A stretch of 63,937 nucleotides of DNA from a virus (lineage: Duplodnaviria > Caudoviricetes), in IMG/VR virus record IMGVR_UViG_3300037483_000247, positions 1 through 63,937 of that record, one strand, 5' to 3'. The position numbers and the translations under genes are program-made. A model generated the notes under the pieces. That model searched no databases, was not told the DNA's origin, and was given only the letters and a program-made list of their open reading frames with translations. Shown one piece after another: positions 56,088-63,937 of this stretch (the first letter of the stretch is position 1; the number at the start of each line of letters is the position of its first letter).

Positions 56088-56294
56088 TCAATCAGCATTA
56101 ACTCTCTTGTGCTCAATTCTAGGGTATCTAGCGGTAAGCGTTTGGGCGTGTCCGCAGTGATTGCAGACATAGGTCCATTTTGGAGGGTTGCTCATCAACA
56201 TAATCCCGTCAAGATTTTCCATGACCCCTGAGTTACACTCGTCACAAATGTAGTCGATCCCGACTATTCGAACTTCAAACTCCCGTTCGCTCAT
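56088..56294 (-). CDS. Small Zn-ribbon protein
   Basis: CDEC..G.M...PP...Y.C..CG......YP. Confidence 0.6.
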   Translation of the reverse strand: MSEREFEVRIVGIDYICDECNSGVMENLDGIMLMSNPPKWTYVCNHCGHAQTLTARYPRIEHKRVNAD

Positions 56295-56376
56295 ATGTGC
56301 ATCCTTACAAATGCCGCGAACGAAACACAGACCAGTACAACGAGAACGAAGATCAGGCAGCCGAGCCCTTCGAGGT

Positions 56377-56817
56377 TCATGGCTTTAGCGCGGCGTCGAT
56401 TGCGGCGTCGAGATCATCGCTCTGAGCGTCATACCATGTATCCGTTGGCCCATCCTCGTTCCAAGCCAGTAACTCGACTGCTACTAAAACATGGCCATCC
56501 CGCATTGGGGATGAACGTAGCCACCGATACCGATCCGCATCCCTCCGGGCCGCCGCGAGTTCGTTCCGTAAGTTTTGCACTAAATCACATTCAACACCGG
56601 CCCCGCCACTACAGGCCCATTCACAACGTCCTCGTGTCATGTCCGCTCCAATAGTTGTGTCGCGATTCTCCTTCCGGGCCGCCGCAAGTTCGCGTTCGAG
56701 TTGGCGAAGATCGATTTCAATCCGTTCTGCAACGACGGCAGAGACAACCAACTCGTCTGGATAACAGTTTGGGAAAGGTGCATATTTCGCGGCATCCGTT
56801 CTCGGCGTATCGCTCAT
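56377..56817 (-). CDS. Hypothetical protein (MSDTPRTDA; DA.RYRWLR; LD.AIDAA, Ead/Ea22-like mosaic)
   Basis: Common phage motifs. Confidence 0.65.
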   Translation of the reverse strand: MSDTPRTDAAKYAPFPNCYPDELVVSAVVAERIEIDLRQLERELAAARKENRDTTIGADMTRGRCEWACSGGAGVECDLVQNLRNELAAARRDADRYRWLRSSPMRDGHVLVAVELLAWNEDGPTDTWYDAQSDDLDAAIDAALKP

Positions 56818-57341
56818 ATCCGATCCAATAGTTGTGTAGCTATTCTCCTACCAGGCCCGCCGCCGGGCGCGTTCTGGATCTCCTTGAGTCCGCGCCTGAG
56901 CCGATCGATTTCCTCTTGTGCTTCGATTGCGCGCAGGGCTTGGTTGCCGAGATGTTTTAACTTCTCTCGGTCCTCATTCCACGTGCTCGGACACAGGCGG
57001 TCAAAGACATATACCGCATCGGTTACCTGCTCGCGTGTCAGCGGCAGCTTGCTCGGTGCCGCAGCGGGCGCAGGGGGTTGGCTTGATGTCAGCGTAGCAG
57101 TGCGCCGGTCGGAGGGGTGAATGGTTCTGCAATCTACAATTCCCTCTATTGGTAGCCCATTGCATAAGTAAGTAGTGGTTACTTTGCGTCGCTGGTCTTT
57201 GCGTAAATCACCTAGACGCATGGTCTCCTGTCCGTTCGTTTTGAAAATCAAATCAGTAGATTGCAGCGGTTTTAACGCGCACTGCATCCCAGTGCAGGAC
57301 GTTATCTCACACTCGCGGCCGGTTACCGGACATGTTTTCAT
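56814..57341 (-). CDS. Hypothetical protein
   Basis: Coupled ORF, SD GGAG. Confidence 0.55.
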   Translation of the reverse strand: MKTCPVTGRECEITSCTGMQCALKPLQSTDLIFKTNGQETMRLGDLRKDQRRKVTTTYLCNGLPIEGIVDCRTIHPSDRRTATLTSSQPPAPAAAPSKLPLTREQVTDAVYVFDRLCPSTWNEDREKLKHLGNQALRAIEAQEEIDRLRRGLKEIQNAPGGGPGRRIATQLLDRI

Positions 57342-58081
57342 AATTTTCTCCTGTCAACTGCGCCAAGACGTCGCACTGGATCGCTCGTCACGGAATACTT
57401 GATACGCCGCCGTACTCTGCTTCGGCGCTCGGGAATAGGTGCGGCGGGGACAGATAGGTCTGGCGGAGCAGACTCCTTTTGACCAACATGGTCCACCTGC
57501 CCCGCCGCGTGATCGTTAAGGGCGCGCTCGGCATCCTTACGAAGCTGAAGCTGTGTCTGATTTTCCTTGTTGAGAATCTGATTGATATAGTCTTGTTTTG
57601 CAAGCGCGGCCTCGGCTTTCTCGGCACGCTCAATAACCTGCTCGCGATCCTTCTCCCACAATTCGAGTAGATCAACACGTGCCTGCAACGCCACGGCGGC
57701 GGCGCGGAGTGTGTCGTAGTCATCCTTCCATATCGCGTGTTTATACGCGCCTAATTGCGGTTGCCAATCTTGCCAATCATCTGGCTCCTCCGGCAACTCC
57801 CGTTCAGCCTGTTCATAGCGGACAAGCTTAGCCGACAATGACGCTATCTGTGGATCAGTCAGAGCGATATATTTATCGCTTGCTGCGGTAACAGCAGCAA
57901 GCTTGGCTTCAAGCTGCGCGCATTGATCGTCAGCGTCGGTCAGCAAGTTCTGCAAGTCGTTTACACGTGCCTTCATTTCCACAAGCTCCGCCGCGGCTTG
58001 CTTTTCGCTCATCCTCTCGCGGCTGTCTGGCGCGTCCAGATGGTCGGTTGGTTCTAGTTCATTTTGCTGCACAGTAGTCAT
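57338..58081 (-). CDS. Hypothetical coiled-coil protein
   Basis: Coupled ORF. Confidence 0.6.
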   Translation of the reverse strand: MTTVQQNELEPTDHLDAPDSRERMSEKQAAAELVEMKARVNDLQNLLTDADDQCAQLEAKLAAVTAASDKYIALTDPQIASLSAKLVRYEQAERELPEEPDDWQDWQPQLGAYKHAIWKDDYDTLRAAAVALQARVDLLELWEKDREQVIERAEKAEAALAKQDYINQILNKENQTQLQLRKDAERALNDHAAGQVDHVGQKESAPPDLSVPAAPIPERRSRVRRRIKYSVTSDPVRRLGAVDRRKL

Positions 58082-58275
58082 TTCTTTTCTCCTCTTCTCA
58101 TGACGTAACACCTCAGGTCCAAATACTTGCTGAATCTTTTGACATCGAGTGATGGTTCAACTTTGACCGGCTCTTTTTTCGGCGGCTTTTTTATCCGTGG
58201 TTGCTCGACGGCCAAGGTAAAACCGATCCATAACAGAACGATGAATAACATTCCCTTGATGTGATCGCGATTCAT
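58078..58275 (-). CDS. Small membrane protein
   Basis: N-terminal TM. Confidence 0.45.
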   Translation of the reverse strand: MNRDHIKGMLFIVLLWIGFTLAVEQPRIKKPPKKEPVKVEPSLDVKRFSKYLDLRCYVMRRGEKK

Positions 58276-58353
58276 GTTACCCGGGCCTGAGTCGAGCAAC
58301 ATCCTGACGGCACTCTTGCAATCGCTTTTGTAGCGAAATAATATAAAGCCCGG

Positions 58354-58551
58354 TCATCGTTTTCCCCTCGTCACGTAGAACAGGCGCACGACGCGGAATG
58401 GTCTATCATCCGGGCCTGTGCTGAAATCGTCATCATTCAGGCAAGCCACGGTTTCGCCCATCGGGGCTTTATCCTCGCACACGCAGGATTCATCCCAATA
58501 TGGCTTACCGGACTTGCCGATAATTCCGTAGCCGTAGAATTTATGTTTCAT
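58354..58551 (-). CDS. Hypothetical protein
   Basis: SD GGAGG, ATGA coupling. Confidence 0.55.
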   Translation of the reverse strand: MKHKFYGYGIIGKSGKPYWDESCVCEDKAPMGETVACLNDDDFSTGPDDRPFRVVRLFYVTRGKR

Positions 58552-58820
58552 GCTTCCTCCAATCGTTGCAGCGTAATATTGAGTGCATCGAGCTCGTCCA
58601 TTTTTTTGATTTTCCACATCAGTTTCCCACCATGGATTCCTAGCTTCGTATTACGATGACATGAGGGACACAATGCGATCGAAAGGAACCATGATCCCTG
58701 CTTGATTTCGTGCGCTTCGCATTGCCGCGGGTCGTCACAAACTGAGCAGCACAGCGTCTTGACTCTCTCGACATGACGGCGTTCTTGCGTTGTCATTGGT
58801 TTTTTATTGCGAGATTTCAT
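58548..58820 (-). CDS. Ref/DUF968-like HNH-fold protein
   Basis: C.VC......HEI......I.LC..CH....GIHG. Confidence 0.7.
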   Translation of the reverse strand: MKSRNKKPMTTQERRHVERVKTLCCSVCDDPRQCEAHEIKQGSWFLSIALCPSCHRNTKLGIHGGKLMWKIKKMDELDALNITLQRLEEA

Positions 58821-59188
58821 GGCAACCATACCGCAAGTTGTTCACCGTAAAAGTTCTCGACGAACTCCATAAAAATAGCGAACTCTTTCTTGTCGCGAGT
58901 GCTGGATCGTTTCATGGGTATGCGTTCCAGATCACCACTTGGTAAACGTTTCTCCGAATATCCGTAGTGTTCGCAAAGCATGTCCTCGTGCATCCGGGCC
59001 GGCGAACAGCCGGTAACTTCGGACGCCGCTGTATGCAGTAACCATAATCGAGCATTTTGCGGTAACGATCTTTGCTCGTGCAATTCTCCGATGACAGCCT
59101 GGAACGGGAGTGGCTGGTGCTCGGCAAACTTGGCGAACATAGTCCGTTGCTGCTCGGTGACGATGGAAAAATGTCTATCTTTAGACAT
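58817..59188 (-). CDS. NinB/Orf-like recombination protein
   Basis: RS..QNA.LW; SS...K.EF..FME. Confidence 0.75.
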   Translation of the reverse strand: MSKDRHFSIVTEQQRTMFAKFAEHQPLPFQAVIGELHEQRSLPQNARLWLLHTAASEVTGCSPARMHEDMLCEHYGYSEKRLPSGDLERIPMKRSSTRDKKEFAIFMEFVENFYGEQLAVWLP

Positions 59189-59195
59189 AGCAATT

Positions 59196-59384
59196 TCATC
59201 CAGCTTTCGTTGCCTGCTCCCAAATCTCGTCCAGTTTTTCCGACTGTCGTAATGACAGGGGACGATCACGCCTGAGTTGTTCCCGAATTGAATCGAGAAA
59301 GCCGCGCTGCCAATTGGTGAGACGCGACTCGCGCGCTTCGCAGTCATCAATCAAAGTCAGATACTCGTCTGCCCAACCGCTCAC
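59196..59384 (-). CDS. Hypothetical protein (LT.W...F..S......LS..Q...L..I)
   Basis: Common phage motif. Confidence 0.6.
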   Translation of the reverse strand: MSGWADEYLTLIDDCEARESRLTNWQRGFLDSIREQLRRDRPLSLRQSEKLDEIWEQATKAG

Positions 59385-60775
59385 GCCGCCTGCCTCTGCG
59401 CTTTCTCGATGTAGGCCGCGCACGCCTTGGCGATTGCCGCGTATTTCTTTTCATTCTTGATCCGCTCGTAAAGTGCGGCGATCAAATGATCGGTGTCGAG
59501 CAATTCCTGCTGGCGAGCTTCTTCAGCGCGTTTCAGGCCGTCCAACCTAGCCTGTTGGGCCGCTACGCGCGCGCGCTCGGCTTCCTGAGCCTTGGCTACC
59601 TCGGCACGCTGTTGCGCGAGATTGGCCTCTTCCTGACGCAGTTCCTCGGCCCGTCTGGCATCTTCTGCCCGGCGTGCGGCATCCTCCTGGTCGCGCGCTT
59701 TGGCCTGGGCGAGAATATCCCTGATCGCCGCAACCGCGTCATCCTTGGTTTTTTGCGCAGCACCCGTAAGCGCCAAGAAGTGATCTGGATCAATCCGCCA
59801 TCCCTCAGTTTCGGCCAGGGTTTCCTCTATACAGGAAATTGTTCCGCCAATCCTGACGCCCTGACGCCCGATTTGCGCGATGATCACCTGCTGCCGGATG
59901 CCCTGCAATTCCTGCATGAGCATGTCAAACTGTTGTCGATCCTCGCTCGCCTTTCGATCCTGCTCCTCTCTGGCGAGCCGGGCCGAGCGCTCCTGTTGCT
60001 CGATCAACTCCCGGCTCGCCCGTTGTTCGGCCTCGATCTTGGCCCTTGCCACAGCATCCGCTTCCGCCTGCCGCCGCACCTGATCGGCAATGCGAGCCTG
60101 TTCCTGCCGGTCGCGTTCTTGCTGTTCAGCACGGAGCTTGGCCAGTTCGGCGCGTTCGTCAGCAATCCGCGTTGCTTCTGCGGCCGCAGCTTGTTCCTGC
60201 GCCACGGCGCCGGCATGGAGTTGTTCCAGGGTGGCTACGGCCTTCGCCTGAGCGTCCAGCGCGATGGGAAGGAACTCGGCAGCCCACGGCGTGACATCCA
60301 TCGCCCGCAAGTCGTGGAGGGTCACAGCGATGGCCGCCGACGGTTTCCCAGTCATGGCCATCGGTTTGCCGTTGATCTCGGCGATGCAGGCTTGCGCCAA
60401 GGCTATGCGTTTCGCCTCGGCTTCGGCGGCTTCGCGCTTCCGGGCTTCTTCAATAGCGTCATGGGCGTCCTGAATTTCCTGCAACCGCTTTTCCTCGGCG
60501 CCAATAATGGCGAGCAGTTGATCGACCCCCACGATGACGCCCTTGGCAAACGCTTGGGCGTCCTCCCTCACATCCTTGCCGCGCTTGACCGTGGTCGTTC
60601 GAGCTTTTACCAACCGCATCCGGGCGGCATGGCACTGCTGGTATGAGTCGTCATTTGTAATGGCTGTGATCGAAGCGGATTCTTCTGCCAGTTCGGTGAA
60701 TTCCTTGATCAGAGCTTCACTATTCAGCGCAACAGCGACACGTTGCGGTACGGTCAGTTCGGTGCCAGGTTCCAT
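59381..60775 (-). CDS. Long coiled-coil protein of the recombination module (DUF1351/Gam-like region)
   Basis: E/A/R-rich coiled coil; position next to exonuclease and SSAP. Confidence 0.65.
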   Translation of the reverse strand: MEPGTELTVPQRVAVALNSEALIKEFTELAEESASITAITNDDSYQQCHAARMRLVKARTTTVKRGKDVREDAQAFAKGVIVGVDQLLAIIGAEEKRLQEIQDAHDAIEEARKREAAEAEAKRIALAQACIAEINGKPMAMTGKPSAAIAVTLHDLRAMDVTPWAAEFLPIALDAQAKAVATLEQLHAGAVAQEQAAAAEATRIADERAELAKLRAEQQERDRQEQARIADQVRRQAEADAVARAKIEAEQRASRELIEQQERSARLAREEQDRKASEDRQQFDMLMQELQGIRQQVIIAQIGRQGVRIGGTISCIEETLAETEGWRIDPDHFLALTGAAQKTKDDAVAAIRDILAQAKARDQEDAARRAEDARRAEELRQEEANLAQQRAEVAKAQEAERARVAAQQARLDGLKRAEEARQQELLDTDHLIAALYERIKNEKKYAAIAKACAAYIEKAQRQAA

Positions 60776-60967
60776 TTACCTCCCTCTCTTCAGTTGAATG
60801 TTGCATGCCATGAACTTGCCATTTTTTCCTTGCTTGATCCAAGCAGCTACTTGGATAGGTTTCCCGTCCAGATCAAGCCCGTCGCCGCGATAATCAGGAC
60901 GGCTTTCATTGCCGTCTTTGTCGTTTTTGAACAGCGCAAACTGTCCGGGTTTTTGTTCGTAGGCCAT
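60776..60967 (-). CDS. Small OB-fold ssDNA-binding-like protein (DUF736-like)
   Basis: LFKN.K.....PDY.G......AAW.K....GKF. Confidence 0.7.
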   Translation of the reverse strand: MAYEQKPGQFALFKNDKDGNESRPDYRGDGLDLDGKPIQVAAWIKQGKNGKFMACNIQLKRGR

Positions 60968-60969
60968 TG

Positions 60970-61590
60970 CTATTTCACTCCCATCAGTTTCGCCACCATC
61001 AAATCAACTTCCGCCAGAAACATCTTGACCTCGATGGCAAGGTTTGCGATATACGGCTCGTCTCTGACAACCCGGAAAATATAGCTCCGCAGGTGTTCAG
61101 GCATGTCCGGTGAAAAACTGGAAAAATCCCACCACGTCCTACCGAGAAGCCAAAGCGTTCCCTGGATCTGCGCCTTGTGCTCTGTCGGATAACCGCCCTC
61201 AAGAATCGTGGTCAATTGCACGGTCGGGATCACACTTTTAATTTCGCAGCCGCCGTCGATACCAATCACACCATCAGGACTGCACCCGGCCATCAGCGTT
61301 GCGTGCCTGATAAACCCGGCTTTTTCGACCACGTTGCCGGTGAGCGCTTCGTACGACATCAGAGCATACGGTTCCTGCTCTTTCCCGCGTTCTAGATTTT
61401 TGAGCCAGTAACCTGACGCATAGGTGGCCGAAGGTTTCCCGGTCAGCCGTTCCGTGACAACGCGCCGCAGGTATGCGGTCCGCATTTTCTTTTCCGGGCC
61501 TTTGGCCAAGACGGCGGAAAACTCGCTGGACGTGACATGACCGCACCGTTCTTGCAGCCACGCCTCAGACCCTTGGGGGGCTGCAATCAC
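60970..61590 (-). CDS. YqaJ/lambda-exonuclease family
   Basis: QGS.AW...R.G..T.S, G...EP.A, SPDG, EIK, QIQG. Confidence 0.92.
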   Translation of the reverse strand: MIAAPQGSEAWLQERCGHVTSSEFSAVLAKGPEKKMRTAYLRRVVTERLTGKPSATYASGYWLKNLERGKEQEPYALMSYEALTGNVVEKAGFIRHATLMAGCSPDGVIGIDGGCEIKSVIPTVQLTTILEGGYPTEHKAQIQGTLWLLGRTWWDFSSFSPDMPEHLRSYIFRVVRDEPYIANLAIEVKMFLAEVDLMVAKLMGVK

Positions 61591-62438
61591 TTCGCGCTCG
61601 CCTTGTTAGCGTTATCGATGAACTCGCCATGCTGAACAAGGATAGCTTTGAGCAGCTCAGCGGCGCCGACGTCCTGAAACGTAACGCAGACTTTGATGGC
61701 TTCGGTGTAGACCGCTTTCGCTTTTTCCTTGGTGGTTTGCTCTTCGATGCGCTTGGCGAACTCGTTGTATTGCTCGATGGGCATACCCTTGCGCTTAGTG
61801 TCGTTGCCGTCCGCATCATCCTCCGTGGTCACGTTAAAAATCATGCAGACGAGATACCGGCGAGCGTAGGAGTTTGTTGACCCTGCCGCCTGCACCTGTG
61901 TTTTATTTACTTTGCCCTGAGCCCCAGCATCATCCGGAGGAAGATCGATGTAATGCAGCCGCGAATGCCCCGCAGCGTGCGATACAATAGCCACCGTCCG
62001 GCGCAATCCTTCAGTCGGGGGCGGGACTGGCGTACCGTCCGGGCCGATAATCTGGCGCGCGGAATCGAACGAAACAGACAGACCTTCCTCCGTGTAAAGT
62101 GGCGTGATCACCTTGTTGATTGCCGCCAGATCAGCATACGTGCTGCTGATGTGGGTGTTCTTTCGGTTGCGGACAACGGTTTCAATTTTCGCCTGAGCTT
62201 TTGCCATCGCCGCGTTGAAAGCGGTTTCTGCTTGTTGTGCCATGATCTTTTGATGCATGACGAACAGGCGCTCCATCTTGTCCATATCCGTGCGGGGATC
62301 TGCGGCTGCGCGTGATATTGCCTGGATTAGCGACCCCGCGTTTCCTGATTCGACAACTGCCGGCAAGTCCCGATCCTCCCGCTTGCTGAAATGAGTTTCC
62401 GGGAGTTCGATTATTCTTTCGTCGAGCTTGGCTTCCAT
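61587..62438 (-). CDS. erf: ERF-family single-strand annealing protein
   Basis: YADL..I, GS..SYARRY, EDDADG. Confidence 0.9.
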   Translation of the reverse strand: MEAKLDERIIELPETHFSKREDRDLPAVVESGNAGSLIQAISRAAADPRTDMDKMERLFVMHQKIMAQQAETAFNAAMAKAQAKIETVVRNRKNTHISSTYADLAAINKVITPLYTEEGLSVSFDSARQIIGPDGTPVPPPTEGLRRTVAIVSHAAGHSRLHYIDLPPDDAGAQGKVNKTQVQAAGSTNSYARRYLVCMIFNVTTEDDADGNDTKRKGMPIEQYNEFAKRIEEQTTKEKAKAVYTEAIKVCVTFQDVGAAELLKAILVQHGEFIDNANKASAK

Positions 62439-62815
62439 ATTCTCTCCTGTTGTTGGGTAGGTTGGTTCATATCAACATCTGAAAAAGAAAGCGAAGGAAA
62501 AGGGCAACTCCCCCCGACCCCCCTCTTTGAAAAGGTAGGCCGCGCCCCATGTTGCCGCTAGGCTCAAGGCAGAAAGTCCATAAAGGAAGGGAAAGAAAAA
62601 GGCGGAACGATCCGATGCGCTCGGTCTTTTTCTCTCTCGACCGCGCAAAGAAAAACCCGGATGGGTTGCTACACCTTGATATGAAAGAGTCCGCCCGCCG
62701 CCGCCTAGCATTGGTAAGACTATCAAGATGCAGCCCGATCCGGGCTTCGGCGGCGTTACAGGCTTGGCTTTCAACCAAGGCGCTATTTCAATGCGCGACA
62801 ACATGCTAAACCCGC

Positions 62816-63040
62816 TCATGGCTGCTTGTCAAGCGCCGGTTTCGCGGTGGTCAGATCAGCGTCCGTCGGCCGCGTCTCGGCGATCTGCCGATATTTGGCG
62901 AGATACTCGGGCCATGCGGCTTCAATTTTCGCCGAGTTCTCATCGTCGGCGCACTGCCAAGCTGCGGCCAGGCGCCTGACGAAGCTGCAGCCGCATTCCT
63001 TCATTGCTTGGATAGTTTTGATGCGGTCGTTCCAGTTCAT
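62816..63040 (-). CDS. Hypothetical protein (G.SF...LA.A...AD..N...I..AWP)
   Basis: Common phage motif. Confidence 0.65.
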   Translation of the reverse strand: MNWNDRIKTIQAMKECGCSFVRRLAAAWQCADDENSAKIEAAWPEYLAKYRQIAETRPTDADLTTAKPALDKQP

Positions 63041-63309
63041 TTTAGCAACTCCACCAGTGCCTTCAATTCACGCGACGCGACGGTCGCAGCTTCAATCGCT
63101 GCCTCCAGCGTGTCGCCGGGATGCAGCACAGCTTCGATCAATTGCAATTCATCAGGGGCGCCGTCGCCGCTATCGTTCCACTCGATAGCGTGCAATGCGG
63201 CCGCGACTTTCTTCAGATGTTTCGCGAACGCCCTTCGTTGAGGGCTGTTACAAAGGAACGACGCGTCTTGAACTTTGTAGCTCAGGTAATCCATGCTGCC
63301 GCCACTCAT
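63037..63309 (-). CDS. Hypothetical protein (MSGGS.DY...EW..SGD)
   Basis: Common phage motif. Confidence 0.65.
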   Translation of the reverse strand: MSGGSMDYLSYKVQDASFLCNSPQRRAFAKHLKKVAAALHAIEWNDSGDGAPDELQLIEAVLHPGDTLEAAIEAATVASRELKALVELLK

Positions 63310-63495
63310 TATCATTCCCTCTCATTTCATTTCGTCGTTCCCACGACCGCCAATCGGTGATCGGGTAAACTTTCTCCATGGCATTACCCCGGTCTCGAAA
63401 GTCGTGCGTGTCCGGGGCCGCAGCGGGCACGTCAGCACCTTTCGGACTATCTGACGTTGCCACGCTTGGCGATGCCGCCGCGGCTTTCAGATCGA

Positions 63496-63621
63496 TCATT
63501 CTTTCTCCTGTCGTTTACGTTGCTCGTCGCCGATTATTGCAGCGTGATACAACATCCACCCGCCGCCGACGATCAGGGCGACGAGGGCGATAGTTGCTGC
63601 GAGGTATTGCAGGGATGTCAT
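63496..63621 (-). CDS. 41-aa single-TM peptide
   Basis: Translated by hand: [24 protein letters not shown]...; ATGA coupling. Confidence 0.5.
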   Translation of the reverse strand: MTSLQYLAATIALVALIVGGGWMLYHAAIIGDEQRKRQEKE

Positions 63622-63937
63622 GTCAGAAAATCCTCGAAACACTCATACACCAGTTGCGTGAATTCGTTTTTCTGACTCTCGGCACTCGCGGCCCTCGCGG
63701 CCCTCGCGGCACTCGCGTCCCACGCGGCACTCGCGGCACTCTCGGCACTCGCGTCCCACGCGGCACTCGCGGCACTCGCGGCACTCGCGGCACTCTCGGC
63801 CCTCGCGGCACTCGCGGCACTCGCGGCACTCGCGTCCCACGCGTCCCACGCGGCACTCGCGGCACTCGCGGCACTCGCGGCACTCTCGGCCCTCGCGGCA
63901 CTCGCGGCACTCGCGGCACTCGCGTCCCACGCGTCCC
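63618..63937 (-). CDS. C-terminal part of the Ala-repeat gene that starts at 598 (...[21 protein letters not shown])
   Basis: Same reading frame across the 73-78 nt terminal overlap. Confidence 0.8.
   Translation of the reverse strand, partial: DAWDASAASAASAARAESAASAASAASAAWDAWDASAASAASAARAESAASAASAASAAWDASAESAASAAWDASAARAARAASAESQKNEFTQLVYECFEDFLT
63677..63937. repeat. Coding 9-bp tandem repeat, same family as 1-220
   Basis: Direct inspection. Confidence 0.9.

Noticed and set aside
59486-60646. 386-aa plus-strand ORF
   Set aside because: Antisense shadow of the coiled-coil gene
63623-63930. ORFs encoding (PRV)n and (REC)n
   Set aside because: Wrong-frame readings of the Ala-repeat gene

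Overview
This window is an essentially complete ~63.9 kb tailed dsDNA phage genome of HK97/lambda-like siphovirus type. The Rz/Rz1-type spanins point to a Gram-negative host, probably a proteobacterium. The two ends overlap inside one Ala-rich tandem-repeat gene, so the contig looks circular. Modules in order: a leftward early operon (Ro60/TROVE, then across the junction ERF, YqaJ exonuclease, NinB-like); SNF2 helicase/MTase/VRR-NUC; a second leftward block of small early genes; replication (SF2 helicase, Toprim primase, YdaU-like); Q-like antiterminator; HNH, cos candidate and terminase; head; a sugar-modification cluster; tail; lysis. I found no integrase, CI-type repressor or canonical tRNA. 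Most notable observations: (1) a phage Ro60 gene preceded by its own promoter and three tandem mini Y-RNA-like hairpins carrying the GNCGAA(N)G Ro-binding motif; (2) two paralogous C4-like antisense riboregulators with co-varying specificity sequences; (3) an antisense tRNA-like ncRNA with its own promoter inside the late operon; (4) a DGR-type tail-fibre target whose avd-TR-RT cassette appears deleted; (5) an 8-gene glycosylation cluster between the head-tail joining genes; (6) a candidate Csx15/Csx20-like ring nuclease. All family calls come from motif recognition by eye, not from database searches.
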